This document shows, piece by piece, positions 9,389 through 21,173 of a stretch of DNA of 64,000 nucleotides; the stretch's first letter is position 1, and each line of letters opens with the position of its first letter. The notes under the pieces were generated by a model. The model saw only the letters and a program-made list of their open reading frames with translations. It was not told the DNA's origin and searched no databases. The position numbers were made by a program, and so were the translations under genes. Origin of the DNA: an uncultured Acidobacteriota bacterium (lineage in GTDB: Bacteria; Acidobacteriota; Vicinamibacteria; Marinacidobacterales; SMYC01); the NCBI GenBank assembly GCA_964553925.1, contig CAZKNR010000182.1:18132-82131 (forward strand), given 5' to 3'.

Positions 9389-9882
9389 CGTCCCTCGTGA
9401 GCCCCTCGTCCGAGCTCCTTGCAGAGGTAGATCATCTGTCCCGCGTGGTGATCCGCGTGGGCGGCGCAACGAAGGAAAATGCTGAGGCGGTCTCTCACGT
9501 CCTCGGCGCCAACGCCGTGATAGGGGGCGAGCCAGTCCGCTTCACCCTGCGCGGCGAGCGTCGCGAGAACCATGTCCATGGCTCCGTCGAACTCTCGTAG
9601 CACGTCGCTCTTGGGCCGGCTGGACGTGTCGCCGAACTCCCTGGGCCGGTCTCGAACGTAGCCGGAGCCCGCGATCTGCGCTCCAATGAAGTAGCTCAGG
9701 TTGCCAGTCAGGTGAAGCAGCAGATGTCCGACCGAATTGCCATAGGGGTAAGGGCGCTGCCAGAGCTGGTCCCCCGAAAGAGGTTCAACGAGCTCGTGTA
9801 CCCTGCGCCTGACCCGATCGAGGTGTGAGGACAAGCTCTGGGAGACCAGAGCCGATAGATTCTGAGTCATGCTCACTGACAT
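9385..9882 (-). CDS. DinB/YfiT-family putative metal-dependent hydrolase.
   Basis: A DinB-like four-helix pattern with conserved His residues is present. The start is chosen at the ATG at 9882, which has a GAGGT Shine-Dalgarno; the track's 9912 start overlaps the upstream gene. Confidence 0.7.
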   Translation of the reverse strand: MSVSMTQNLSALVSQSLSSHLDRVRRRVHELVEPLSGDQLWQRPYPYGNSVGHLLLHLTGNLSYFIGAQIAGSGYVRDRPREFGDTSSRPKSDVLREFDGAMDMVLATLAAQGEADWLAPYHGVGAEDVRDRLSIFLRCAAHADHHAGQMIYLCKELGRGAHEGR

Positions 9883-12008
9883 GATGGTGACCTCTTGTCG
9901 GCCTTTGGCCACTCCATCGCCAAGTTCGCCATCACGAACGCCCAGCGGTCCGCCTGCTCGTCGATCAGCATCTTCGTCGGCTTTCCCGCGCCGTGGCCGG
10001 CGTCGGTTTGGATGCGGATGAGCATCGGCTGCGGCTGGTCTCCGTGGATCTCCTGAAGGCGTGCCGCGTACTTGAACGAATGTCCCGGGACGACGCGGTC
10101 GTCGTGGTCCGCGGTCGTCACCAGGGTCGCGGGGAAGTAGGGCGCGGGCTTCAAGTTGTGGTACGGAGAGTATGCGAAGAGCGTTTCGAACTCGTCGGCT
10201 TTCTCGGAGGACCCGTAGTCGGACACCCAGGCCCAGCCGATGGTGAACTTGTGGAACCGGAGCATGTCCATGACCCCGACGGCGGGTAACGCCGCGCCGA
10301 AGAGCTCGGGTCTCTGGTTCAGGACAGCGCCCACGAGAAGGCCTCCGTTCGATCCGCCCCCAATGGCGAGCTTGTCGGGCCGGGTGTAGCCCCTCTCGAT
10401 GAGAAACTCGGCGGCGGCGATGAAATCGTCGAAGACGTTCTGCTTTTGTCCGAACGTTCCTGCACTATGCCAGGTCTCGCCGTATTCGCCTCCGCCCCTG
10501 AGGTTCGCCTGAGCGTAGACGCCCCCGAGCTCGAGCCAGACGATGTTCGCGACCGAGAACGTCGGAGTGAGGCTGATGTTGAATCCGCCGTAGGCATAGA
10601 GGTACGCCGGGTTGGTTCCGTCGAGCTTCAACCCTCTCTTGTGAGTGACGAACATCGGGACCTTGGTTTCGTCCTTCGAGCTGTAGAACATCTGCTCGGT
10701 CACGAATTCGCCGCCGTCGAACTGGATCTCGGGCGAGCGGAACACGCTGAACTCGCCCTTCTTGAAGTCATAGCGGTAAATGGTCGTCGGATAGACGAAG
10801 GACTGGAAGGCGAGGAACATCTCCTCATCCTTCCGCTCGCCGGACAGGGACGACACCGAGCCCAGGGTCGGGAGATCGATGTCGCTCAGATGGGCTCCGT
10901 CCTTCCCGAAGAGCGCCACCCGGCTGTGAGCGTCCTCGAGGTAGACGGCGACGAGCTTCTCGTTCACGAGCGAGACGTTCTCGAGAACGTCGTCCGACTG
11001 GGGAAGGATTTCCTTCCAGCTCGAGCGTGCTTCTGATGCGACGTCGATCCCGATCACGCGATAGCGAGGGGCGTCCAGGTTGGTGCGAAAATAGAAGAGC
11101 GAGCCGTCGTTTCCGAGGAACTCGTACGTCGCGTCGAAATCGTCGAGGAGCCGCACCACCTCGCTTCCGGAGGCGATGTTCTGGTAGTAGACGCGGTTCC
11201 TCTCGTCGGTGCCGTGGGTGACCTGGATAACCGCGTATGCGCCGTCGTCCGAGACCTCGGCCCCGAAGCCCCACTCCGGCTCGTCCGGCCTTTCGTACAC
11301 GAGCCGGTCATCGGACTGCGCCGTGCCCAGGCGGTGGTAGTAGACCTTTTGGTTTACGTTCACGCCTCCCTGCGCTTCGTCTCCTTCAGGCTCGGGAAAG
11401 CGGCTGTAGAAGAAGCCCCTTTCATCATGGGTCCAGGAAGCCCCGGAGAACTTGATGAACTTCAAGTGGTCGGGAAGGTCCTCGCCGCTCGCGACCTTCC
11501 GGACGCGGAACTCCTGCCAATCCGAGCCGGCAGTCGCGATTCCGTAGACGAGGTGCTCCCCGTCCTCGCTCAGAGCAAGGGTCGAGAGAGCCGCCGTCCC
11601 TTTTTCCGACAGCGTGTTGGGATCGAGCAGGACTTCGGGGGGGGCCTCGAGCGAAGCCTGCTTGTAAAGCACCGACTGGTTCTGGAGGCCGTCGTTCTTG
11701 AAGAAGAAGTAGCGGGTGCCTTTGTGGAACGGCGTCCCGTAGCGGGGATAGTTCCAGAGCTCGGTCAGGCGCGCGCGAAGCGGCTCGCGCTGGGCAAGTC
11801 CTTCGAGATACCGAAACGTAACGGCGTTCTGTGCCTTGACCCAGGCCAGCGTCTCCTCCGAGTTGTCGTCCTCGAGAGCGCGGTAGGGATCGGGGACCGA
11901 GGTCCCGTGATAGTCGTCGATCTGGTCGGCCTTCTTCACCTCTGGGTAGTCGATCTTCATTTTCTGAGCTGCGGTGAAGGTGATTGCGAGCGCGAGCAGC
12001 ACGCGCAT
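9873..12008 (-). CDS. Prolyl oligopeptidase (S9A family) with a signal peptide.
   Basis: The product has an N-terminal beta-propeller and a C-terminal alpha/beta hydrolase domain. The start is the ATG at 12008 (MRVLLALAITFTAAQ), overlapping the upstream stop as TAATG. Confidence 0.85.
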   Translation of the reverse strand: MRVLLALAITFTAAQKMKIDYPEVKKADQIDDYHGTSVPDPYRALEDDNSEETLAWVKAQNAVTFRYLEGLAQREPLRARLTELWNYPRYGTPFHKGTRYFFFKNDGLQNQSVLYKQASLEAPPEVLLDPNTLSEKGTAALSTLALSEDGEHLVYGIATAGSDWQEFRVRKVASGEDLPDHLKFIKFSGASWTHDERGFFYSRFPEPEGDEAQGGVNVNQKVYYHRLGTAQSDDRLVYERPDEPEWGFGAEVSDDGAYAVIQVTHGTDERNRVYYQNIASGSEVVRLLDDFDATYEFLGNDGSLFYFRTNLDAPRYRVIGIDVASEARSSWKEILPQSDDVLENVSLVNEKLVAVYLEDAHSRVALFGKDGAHLSDIDLPTLGSVSSLSGERKDEEMFLAFQSFVYPTTIYRYDFKKGEFSVFRSPEIQFDGGEFVTEQMFYSSKDETKVPMFVTHKRGLKLDGTNPAYLYAYGGFNISLTPTFSVANIVWLELGGVYAQANLRGGGEYGETWHSAGTFGQKQNVFDDFIAAAEFLIERGYTRPDKLAIGGGSNGGLLVGAVLNQRPELFGAALPAVGVMDMLRFHKFTIGWAWVSDYGSSEKADEFETLFAYSPYHNLKPAPYFPATLVTTADHDDRVVPGHSFKYAARLQEIHGDQPQPMLIRIQTDAGHGAGKPTKMLIDEQADRWAFVMANLAMEWPKADKRSPSCQ

Positions 12009-15000
12009 TACGGGGCACCTCCATGAGTCGTGGCGGCCGGGGTGGGGACGTCGTCCCACCAGAACTGCTTCGGGAGCGGCTTCTTCAAGGGCCAGATCTG
12101 ATCGAGCGTCGCGGCCTCGAAGATCTCACCGTTTTTCATCACGTAACGGACGGTGTTCGTGTTCTCGATCTTTTCTAATGGATTCTTATCGAGAACCAGG
12201 ATGTCCGCGAGCTTCCCGGTCTCGATCGACCCCACGTCGGCATCGAGTCCGATGGCCTCGGCGCCGTGGAGGGTCACCGCGCGCAGCGTTTGGTGCTCGG
12301 TGAGCCCGCCGGAGGCGAGCGCCCAGGTCTCCCAGTGAGCCCCGATCCCTTGGAGCTGCCCGTGGCTCCCGAGACAGACTTTTCCCCCCGCGCGCACGAT
12401 CTTCGCCGCACCGGCGGCGATGCCGGGATGGACGTACTCCTCTTTCAAGAACCACTGCCCGCGGCGCCTCGTCATGTTGTCGAGAAGCTGGTGGGGGATG
12501 AAACGCCCGAGCTTCTCGTCGGAGGCGACGTCGGTCGTCTGAAAGAAGTAGTTCTCCGTCCAGGGTCCGCCGTAGGCGACGAGGATCGTGGGAGTGTAGT
12601 AGGTCTTCGTCCTCGCGACGTACTGGGCGACGTCGTCGTAGATGGGAATGAGCGGGAGACTGTGCTCGTGCCCCGAATAGCCGTCCGCCATCTGGGTCAG
12701 ATCGAGCTTCATGTCGAGAGCCCCCTCGGTCGTGGGGCTGAGCTCGTGCTTACGAGCCGCCATCGCGACCCACTGCCGAACGATGCGGTCCCCCACGACG
12801 TACTGTTTGATGGTGCGGCTGTCGTACGCCTCGCGGTACCGCTTCAGGAGATTTGAGGCCGTCTCCTGGTCGTGGATCCCCGACGCCGCGAAGACTCCGG
12901 GGCCGGTCGCGAAGATCCGCGGTCCGAGGATCTGTCCCGCCTCGACGAGATCGGAGTAGGCGAAGACGTCGTCGGTCGAGGTCTGCGGATCCCGCGTGGT
13001 GGTGACGCCGTAGGCGAGATTCGCGAGGTATTGCCACACTTCGGTCTGATGAATCCGGCGGGGTGCCCACATATGCGAGTGCGCATCCACGAGACCCGGC
13101 ATCAGCGTTTTCCCCGATACGTCGATGACGGTTGCGCCCGGGGGAAGCTCCGCCTTGACGCCCACCGCCTGGATGCGGTTTCCCGTCACGACGACGTCGC
13201 CGCCAGGGAGCACCTCGTCTCCCTTCATAGTGATGATGCGGGCGGCGCCGCGGAGAACCACCGTGCCCGAAGGTTTCGGCCGGGGAAGTGTAACGTCGAG
13301 CTCGGCGACGTCCGGAGTTTCAACCAGCTCGGGAGCGACTTTCTGTCGGAAAAACCGGCGGCCCGACGACCAGTGCACGGTGGAGCCGTCGCGCGACCAG
13401 CCGAGGTAGTTTCCCCCCTCGGCTGAAAGAGGCTTCACGGGAAACGCGGGGTCGCCGCCCGGGGCGATCGCGATCTCCACGACCTCCTTTCCCGCTCGAG
13501 GCACCGAGACGAGATAGTGCTTGTTCTGAACGTTGACGAAGGCGCGGCGTCCATCGGGAGAGAGCGAGATCGCATCGGCTCCCGGCGGCTCCGGGGCGGC
13601 GGGACCCGAGCCCACGATCTTGAAATACGTCTTGCGGTCGAAGCCGTCGAGGCGGATCGAGGTGAGGCCGGAGGAGCTCGTCAGGTAGACGCGATCCGGG
13701 TCCGAGGCGAAGTGCGGATACCGCCCGTCGCCGGCAGAGGCGATCAGGGTCGAGGCTCCGCCCGACGATGGGATGTAGCGCAGGTCGAGCGCCCCGGTCG
13801 GAGAAACCCCGGCGATCTCACCGTCGTCATCGCGATAGACGTGGTCCTCCTGGAGGAAAGAGTACAGCTGGTCCGAAACCGACCCGGTGACGAAGACGAT
13901 CTTCGACCCGTCGAGGGAGTACACCGGGTCGGCGTAGAACGCGGGGTGGTCCGTGAGCCTCTCAGGCGCGCCGGATCCATCGGCGGCCGCTCGATAGATA
14001 TGGCCTCCCTCCGTCGTCCACGTCACGAAAGCGACCGAGCGGCCGTCGGGAGACCAGGCGGGCATGAACTCCGCGGTCTCGAGCTTCGTGAGCCTCGATG
14101 GCGATGCTCCCGCCGGGAGCGGCGAAATCCAGACGTGATTGAACGCGCTGAAAGCGAGCCGCGTTCCTTCAGGAGAGGGCGAAGGCCAGCGAATCACGCG
14201 CGCTCGCACTCGGTCCGAATCGTCGACCCGGCCGCGGAAATGGACCCGAGGGCCGATCTCGGCCGCGACCTTCGCGGTGAAGGGTACGATGCGCGACTCT
14301 CCCGTCGCGAAATCGATTCGATGGATCTTTCCTCCGACGGAGAGGACGAGCGACTTCCCGTCCGGAGTGAAAGAGTATCCGGGCATGGTGTCGCGGGTGG
14401 CACGCGACTCCTGATCGTCCCTGGTCACGGGATAGTGGAGCCAGCGCTCGGCGCCGGTCTCGAGGTGCCGCACTCTCAATCCGGTTCCCGTGCGGAAGCG
14501 GGAGGCGTAGACCATCGACTTTCCATCGGGAGACAGGTGCGGCCGTAGAGCGCTCCCCTGGGCGTTGGTGACGGTCGCGGTCTCGCTGGTCTCGCGATCG
14601 AACCTCACGATCTGCCAGATGGGGAACTGCGCGTTGTAGTTGAATGCGCCGCGCCTTTCGGCGTAGTAGAGGAAGCGGCCGTCGGGAGACGCGACCGCTC
14701 CGAGCTTGTTCGGTGGCTGACTCTGCGGCTGTCCCGGGCTCGGGGGCTCGTCTTTCGGGGGCGGCGGACCCACGCGGGCTCCAGCGCCGCCGTCTCGATG
14801 ATAGAGGAAGAGGCCGTAGGTCCTTTCCGGAGGCCGGCTCTTGGAAACGAGAAGATACTCGCCGTCCGTCGTCCAGGAGGGCGAGGCCATGAGCTGCGGC
14901 CGAGACTTCGTCTCTTTGTCTTTGGTCACCGCGCGCGGGTTCGCTCCGTCGGCGTCGACGAGCCACAGGTTCTCGACGCCGCTTCGATCGCTCAGAAGCG

Positions 15001-15283
15001 CGATCGTCCGCCCATCGGGGGAAAATCGGGGCTGGCTCTCGAAGGACATGCCGGAGGTGATCCGGGTCGCCTCGCCTCCCGCGAGAGGGAGAGTGTAGAT
15101 GTCTCCCAGGAGATCGAAGACCAGCGTCTCGCCGTCGGGCGAGACGTCGAGCGACATCCACGTGCCTTCGTCAACCTGGAACTCGAGAACCTCCGCGACT
15201 TCGAGCGGCAGGCCTTCCGGCTTCGCCGCGTCTGGCGCCTGCGGCAATCCGATCGTGACGAGCAGAGACAGGAAAAAAGACAT
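12008..15283 (-). CDS. TolB-like (PD40/WD40) beta-propeller fused to an amidohydrolase domain (1091 aa), secreted.
   Basis: The N-terminus is hydrophobic. Repeated SPDG propeller blades span residues 1-650. An amidohydrolase domain (VDAHSHM ... HG) spans residues 700-1090. Confidence 0.8.
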   Translation of the reverse strand: MSFFLSLLVTIGLPQAPDAAKPEGLPLEVAEVLEFQVDEGTWMSLDVSPDGETLVFDLLGDIYTLPLAGGEATRITSGMSFESQPRFSPDGRTIALLSDRSGVENLWLVDADGANPRAVTKDKETKSRPQLMASPSWTTDGEYLLVSKSRPPERTYGLFLYHRDGGAGARVGPPPPKDEPPSPGQPQSQPPNKLGAVASPDGRFLYYAERRGAFNYNAQFPIWQIVRFDRETSETATVTNAQGSALRPHLSPDGKSMVYASRFRTGTGLRVRHLETGAERWLHYPVTRDDQESRATRDTMPGYSFTPDGKSLVLSVGGKIHRIDFATGESRIVPFTAKVAAEIGPRVHFRGRVDDSDRVRARVIRWPSPSPEGTRLAFSAFNHVWISPLPAGASPSRLTKLETAEFMPAWSPDGRSVAFVTWTTEGGHIYRAAADGSGAPERLTDHPAFYADPVYSLDGSKIVFVTGSVSDQLYSFLQEDHVYRDDDGEIAGVSPTGALDLRYIPSSGGASTLIASAGDGRYPHFASDPDRVYLTSSSGLTSIRLDGFDRKTYFKIVGSGPAAPEPPGADAISLSPDGRRAFVNVQNKHYLVSVPRAGKEVVEIAIAPGGDPAFPVKPLSAEGGNYLGWSRDGSTVHWSSGRRFFRQKVAPELVETPDVAELDVTLPRPKPSGTVVLRGAARIITMKGDEVLPGGDVVVTGNRIQAVGVKAELPPGATVIDVSGKTLMPGLVDAHSHMWAPRRIHQTEVWQYLANLAYGVTTTRDPQTSTDDVFAYSDLVEAGQILGPRIFATGPGVFAASGIHDQETASNLLKRYREAYDSRTIKQYVVGDRIVRQWVAMAARKHELSPTTEGALDMKLDLTQMADGYSGHEHSLPLIPIYDDVAQYVARTKTYYTPTILVAYGGPWTENYFFQTTDVASDEKLGRFIPHQLLDNMTRRRGQWFLKEEYVHPGIAAGAAKIVRAGGKVCLGSHGQLQGIGAHWETWALASGGLTEHQTLRAVTLHGAEAIGLDADVGSIETGKLADILVLDKNPLEKIENTNTVRYVMKNGEIFEAATLDQIWPLKKPLPKQFWWDDVPTPAATTHGGAP

Positions 15284-15460
15284 GATTCACTCTCCCCGGT
15301 GCGATATTAGCCCAGATGGGCTCGCTGGCTCGAAGGGGAGATCGCTCATGCGGGCCGCCTCTGGCTCGACGAGGCCGACGCTCGAGAGCCCGCTTGACGC
15401 GGACAGCCCCCTGCGAGTACAAACGGTGCCGACAGCGCTCTAAGCAAGTGGAGGCACTGC

Positions 15461-15874
15461 ATGGACCAATATCTCGGTAAGTTCTCGGAATTCTTGTACG
15501 CGGCATTTCGTATCGTCTCCGGGCTGCTGTTCGCGCAACACGGCGCGCAGAAGCTCTTCGGATGGCTCGGAGGCATGGGGCAGGACGGGGGCTCGGCGCC
15601 CTTTTTGGGGTTGATGTTCTTCGCGGGTCTCGTCGAGTTCTTCGGCGGACTTCTGATTGCCGTCGGCTTCAAGGCGAGTTGGGCGGCCTTCATCGCGAGC
15701 GGCGAAATGGCCGTCGCCTATTTCATGTCCCACGCTTCACGAGGGCTCTTCCCGATTCAGAACCATGGAGAGCCCGCCGCCCTCTATTGCTTCGCGTTCC
15801 TCTATATCGCCTCGCGCGGCGCCGGAACGTTGAGCCTTGACTCCATCTTCGGGAAGCCGAAAAAGGCTGACTGA
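15461..15874 (+). CDS. DoxX family membrane protein.
   Basis: The product has four transmembrane helices and the DoxX pattern. A GGAGG Shine-Dalgarno precedes the ATG. Confidence 0.8.
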   Translation: MDQYLGKFSEFLYAAFRIVSGLLFAQHGAQKLFGWLGGMGQDGGSAPFLGLMFFAGLVEFFGGLLIAVGFKASWAAFIASGEMAVAYFMSHASRGLFPIQNHGEPAALYCFAFLYIASRGAGTLSLDSIFGKPKKAD

Positions 15875-15988
15875 GCGAAACTCGCGCCAATCCCATTCGA
15901 AGCACCGCTCGTTCTCTCGAGCCTCCGTGCGGCGTGGGCTTGTAGAGCTATGCTTTCCTGACGATTCTCCGAATGCGATAATATCCGG

Positions 15989-17164
<1,176 letters not shown>

Positions 17165-17167
17165 CTC

Positions 17168-18115
17168 TCAGCGACGCGCTATGAGGCAGGCGGTCTCGAC
17201 CACCTCCTCGCCCCACTTCTGCTTGTAGCGCACCTCGGAGCCGAGATCGTATCGGCGAACGCCGGATTCGATGAGGCGGCGGACTTCCTCGAGTTGGCAG
17301 AGGTTACCGAGGGAGAGGGACGAGAAGCGGGAGTCGAAGCTGAACTGGAGCCCGCGATAGGTGTCGCCGAAGACGGCTCCGAAGATGTAGGCAACGTCTT
17401 CCCCCTCGAGCCGCGCGAACATCAGCCGGCGCCGCCCGCGGTCGAGGAGTCTCCGGTTCATGTCCCGGTAGAACGAGCGCATCGGCTCCCGATCGATGCC
17501 GACGCCGTTTTGACCCTTCCAGCTCCGGCGTTCGACCGCGAGAATGCGCTCGAAGCTCGCTTCTGCCCGGTCTCTCACCTCGAACGTGAGACCGGAGCGT
17601 TCCCCCCGCCGGCGCGCTTTCTCCAGGCTTTTCCGGAGCCCCCCCGGTCGCCGCTCGAGAAACCCGTCGAGGCCGTCCTCGAGATGGGCGACGTAGCGGC
17701 GGGTGGTCGGCCCGCGCTCGACGCCGTATCGACGAGCGAGCGCCCGGCCGAGCTTCTTCCAGAGTGAGGACGACAGAGCGAGCCCGGTCGCGAGCGCGGC
17801 GCTCCACTCGCTTTCCCCCTCCAGGGCGCCGAGAAAAAGCTCGACCGCGGCCTCGGGATCCCGGCCCACGAGGGGACAGCAGAGACCCCAGGTCGCTTCG
17901 AGAGGGTGGAGCCACGAGGAGCTCCGCGCGAGGACCGCATAGGCGCCGTTGGCGCTCGCGATCCACGGCAATGCCTCGGGAGCCAGGTGACGGGCGGCGG
18001 GGAGAATCCAGAAGCTGCTGGAACAGAACCGATCGACGGTGAATCCGGTGGCGACGGCCTCGTCGTACTCTGTGGCGATCGCGTCGAGATCCTGGAGCGT
18101 GAGCCAATCGATCAC
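17168..18115 (-). CDS. GNAT-fold acyltransferase (FemAB/CelD/BioF2-like).
   Basis: The C-terminal acetyltransferase fold carries a VRYKQKWG motif. This gene is divergent from maeB. Confidence 0.6.
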   Translation of the reverse strand: MIDWLTLQDLDAIATEYDEAVATGFTVDRFCSSSFWILPAARHLAPEALPWIASANGAYAVLARSSSWLHPLEATWGLCCPLVGRDPEAAVELFLGALEGESEWSAALATGLALSSSLWKKLGRALARRYGVERGPTTRRYVAHLEDGLDGFLERRPGGLRKSLEKARRRGERSGLTFEVRDRAEASFERILAVERRSWKGQNGVGIDREPMRSFYRDMNRRLLDRGRRRLMFARLEGEDVAYIFGAVFGDTYRGLQFSFDSRFSSLSLGNLCQLEEVRRLIESGVRRYDLGSEVRYKQKWGEEVVETACLIARR

Positions 18116-18156
18116 CGGCGGGCGCCCCGTTTTGTTAAGATATGACGTTTGTTTCT

Positions 18157-18190
18157 CATACAGCCCATACAGCCCATACAGCCCATACAG
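18157..18190. repeat. 9-bp tandem repeat, CATACAGCC x3.8.
   Basis: The repeat is seen directly between the ATG at 18142 and the GTG at 18199 of maeB. Its last copy contributes the AGGAGG ribosome-binding site. Confidence 0.9.
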
Positions 18191-18198
18191 GAGGTTCC

Positions 18199-20442
18199 GT
18201 GATTCGCAAGCAGGACGCTCTGGACTATCACTCCCAGGGACGCCGGGGCAAGATCGAGATCCGGCCCACCAAGCCGACCGAGACGCAGCGCGATCTTTCC
18301 CTCGCCTACAGTCCGGGGGTCGCCGAGCCCTGTCTCGAGATCAAGAGAAACCCAGAAGACGTCTTCACCTACACGACGAAGGGGAATCTTGTAGCGGTGG
18401 TGTCGAACGGCACCGCCGTCCTCGGCCTCGGCAACATCGGCCCCCTCGCGGCGAAGCCGGTGATGGAAGGAAAAGGAGTCCTGTTCAAGAGGTTCGCGGA
18501 CATCGACGTGTTCGACATCGAGCTCAACGCCCCCGATCCCGACGACGTCATCCGCGTCGTCAAGGCCCTCGAGCCCACGTTCGGCGGGATCAACCTCGAG
18601 GACATCAAAGCTCCCGACTGCTTCTATATCGAGGAGACTCTGAAGCGCGAGCTCGACATTCCCGTGTTCCACGACGACCAGCATGGCACCGCCATCATCT
18701 CCGGAGCGGCGCTCCTGAGCTGGCTCGAGCTCTCCGAGAAGGACATTGCCCGCATCAAGGTGGTGGTGAACGGCGCCGGAGCCGCGGGCATCGCCTGCGC
18801 CGAGCTCATCGAGAGCCTCGGAGTCCGCCACGAGAACATCACCATGGCCGACTCCAAAGGCGTGGTCTACAAGGGCCGCACCGAGGGTATGAATCCCTAC
18901 AAGGAACGCTACGCTCTCGAGACTCGCCTCCGCACTCTCGCCGAGGCGATGGAAGGGGCCGACGTCTTCATTGGCGTTTCGGCGAAAGACGCGGTATCGA
19001 AGGCCATGGTGGCCTCGATGAACCTTAAGCCTCTGGTCATGGCGATGGCCAACCCCGACCCCGAGATCGGCTGGGACGATGCGATGTCGGTGAGGGACGA
19101 CCTGGTCATGGCGACGGGCCGATCGGACTTTCCGAACCAGGTGAACAACGTCCTCGGCTTTCCCTTCATCTTCCGGGGCGCCCTCGACGTGAGGGCGCGC
19201 GCGATCAACATGGAGATGAAGCTCGCCGCCACCCACGCCCTCGCCGATCTCACCAAAGAAGACGTTCCCGACTCCGTCATGAGGGCCTATGGAGTCGACT
19301 CCATGCGTTTCGGCCCCAACTACATCATTCCCAGTCCGTTCGATCCTCGGGTCCTCACCTGGGAGGCGCCGGCCGTGGCCAGGGCGGCGATGGAGACGGG
19401 AGTCGCCCGAATTCAGATCGACCTCGATGCCTATCGCGACCAGCTGGAAGCGCGCCTCGGCCGCGGCCGCGAGGTCATGCGCTCCGTCATCGTCCGGGCG
19501 AAGAAAGACAAGAAGCGCATCGTCTTTCCCGAAGGCGAAGAGGTCAAGATTCTTCGCGCGGCCGAGCGTCTCGTGGACGAGGAGATCGCGAAGCCCATCT
19601 TGCTCGGACGGCCCGACGTGATTCAATCGCGGATGCGGGAGCTCGGGCTCGACCTCGACGGAGTCGAGATCGTAGACCCGGAAAGCTCGGGAAAGCTCGA
19701 GGCCTACGCCAAAGAGCTCTACGGTCTCCGGAATCGCCGGGGTGTCACCCATAAAGAAGCCGGACATCTTCTCCGCAATCCGAACATGTTCGGCTCGATG
19801 ATGGTGAACCTGGGCGACGCCGACGCCATGGTCGCCGGAATTTCCCAGCACTACCCCGACACCATCCGTCCCGCCCTTCAAGTCATCCGGGTGAAGACCG
19901 GTGCCCGCGTCGCCGGGGTCTACATGATGGTGTTTCAGAACGACATCAAGTTCTTCGCCGACACTACGGTGACCATCGACCCGACACCCGAGGACCTGGC
20001 GAAGATCGCCATCGAGGCCGCCGAGGTGGCGCGCCGCTTCAACGTCGAGCCTCGGGTCGCGATGCTCTCGTTCTCGAACTTCGGAAGCACTAAGCATCCC
20101 CTCGTCGACAAGGTCCGCCGGGCGGTCGAGCTCGTTCGCGAGCAAGACCCCGGCCTCGTGGTGGACGGAGAGATGCAGGCCGATACCGCCGTGGTCCGGG
20201 AGATCCTCACCGGCGACTATCCCTTCAGCCGTCTGAAGGAAGCGGCGAACGTCCTCGTCTTCCCGAGCCTCGAAGCAGGAAACATCGCGTACAAGCTCAT
20301 CCAGAGGCTCGGCGGCGCCAAAGCGGTGGGCCCGATTCTCGTCGGTCTCAAAAAACCGGTGCACGTCCTGCAGCGCGGTGCCGAGGTGGACGAGATCGTG
20401 GACATGGCGGCGATCGCCGTCGTCGAAGCTCAGTCCGGCTGA
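18199..20442 (+). CDS. maeB: NADP-dependent malic enzyme (malic enzyme plus a phosphotransacetylase-like domain).
   Basis: The product aligns with MaeB from the N-terminus (ALDYH...[11 protein letters not shown]). The start is the GTG at 18199, 4 nt after AGGAGG. The track's ATG at 18142 would add an (HTA)3 repeat. Confidence 0.9.
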   Translation: MIRKQDALDYHSQGRRGKIEIRPTKPTETQRDLSLAYSPGVAEPCLEIKRNPEDVFTYTTKGNLVAVVSNGTAVLGLGNIGPLAAKPVMEGKGVLFKRFADIDVFDIELNAPDPDDVIRVVKALEPTFGGINLEDIKAPDCFYIEETLKRELDIPVFHDDQHGTAIISGAALLSWLELSEKDIARIKVVVNGAGAAGIACAELIESLGVRHENITMADSKGVVYKGRTEGMNPYKERYALETRLRTLAEAMEGADVFIGVSAKDAVSKAMVASMNLKPLVMAMANPDPEIGWDDAMSVRDDLVMATGRSDFPNQVNNVLGFPFIFRGALDVRARAINMEMKLAATHALADLTKEDVPDSVMRAYGVDSMRFGPNYIIPSPFDPRVLTWEAPAVARAAMETGVARIQIDLDAYRDQLEARLGRGREVMRSVIVRAKKDKKRIVFPEGEEVKILRAAERLVDEEIAKPILLGRPDVIQSRMRELGLDLDGVEIVDPESSGKLEAYAKELYGLRNRRGVTHKEAGHLLRNPNMFGSMMVNLGDADAMVAGISQHYPDTIRPALQVIRVKTGARVAGVYMMVFQNDIKFFADTTVTIDPTPEDLAKIAIEAAEVARRFNVEPRVAMLSFSNFGSTKHPLVDKVRRAVELVREQDPGLVVDGEMQADTAVVREILTGDYPFSRLKEAANVLVFPSLEAGNIAYKLIQRLGGAKAVGPILVGLKKPVHVLQRGAEVDEIVDMAAIAVVEAQSG

Positions 20443-21146
20443 GGGGCGGGCTCGATGCGCCGGCCTCTCTCCGGGGCTCGCCATCGGGAATAGTGGGGTG
20501 CGAGGGTCGAAGGCGAGACGCCCGCGAAATAGAGGCCGACCATCGTCCAGTTGAGGAGCGTCGTCAGAACGACGCCCAGTGACTCCCAGTGGCGGTCACC
20601 CGTCGACACGGTGACGTCGAGAGGCACGAGGCACCCCTTCCGCCGCAGTATCCTTATTAATAGGACGTCCTCTAGGAAGGGGACGTCGGGAAATCCCCCT
20701 AGCTCCTCGAAGATCGACCTCCTGAAAAAGAGGCCCTGATCCCCGTAGGGCAAGCCTAGACCGCGCGCCCGGAGGTTGGAGCCAAGAGCGGCGAGCCTGA
20801 GCGCGGTCCTGGGGCTTCGGATGCGAAGGCGAAAAAAGCCTCCCACGACGGCGGGATCGGCGAGGGCGCTTTCGATCGCCTCGGCGGCGCCGGCTCCGAG
20901 AACGGCGTCGGCGTGAAGAAAGAGGAGTGTGTCTCCTTCTGTTTCGCGGGCGCCGCGGTTCATCTGACGCGCGCGGCCCGGCTCGCAGGCGAGGACCCGG
21001 GCACCCGAGCGCCGGGCGATCTCGACGGTTCCATCGACGCTGCCTCCGTCCACGACCACGACCTCCGCGCGCTCAGGGAGCGCTTCCAGAGTCGCCGCCA
21101 GGTTACGGGCCTCGTTCCAGGTCGGAATCACGACGGACAGCTTCAT
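20430..21146 (-). CDS. Family 2 glycosyltransferase (small, TIGR04283-like).
   Basis: The N-terminus carries a GT2 DxD-type motif ([12 protein letters not shown]). Its 3' end overlaps maeB convergently by 13 nt. Confidence 0.75.
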   Translation of the reverse strand: MKLSVVIPTWNEARNLAATLEALPERAEVVVVDGGSVDGTVEIARRSGARVLACEPGRARQMNRGARETEGDTLLFLHADAVLGAGAAEAIESALADPAVVGGFFRLRIRSPRTALRLAALGSNLRARGLGLPYGDQGLFFRRSIFEELGGFPDVPFLEDVLLIRILRRKGCLVPLDVTVSTGDRHWESLGVVLTTLLNWTMVGLYFAGVSPSTLAPHYSRWRAPERGRRIEPAPQPD

Positions 21147-21173
21147 GGGTTGCGATGCTAGACTAACCTAACT

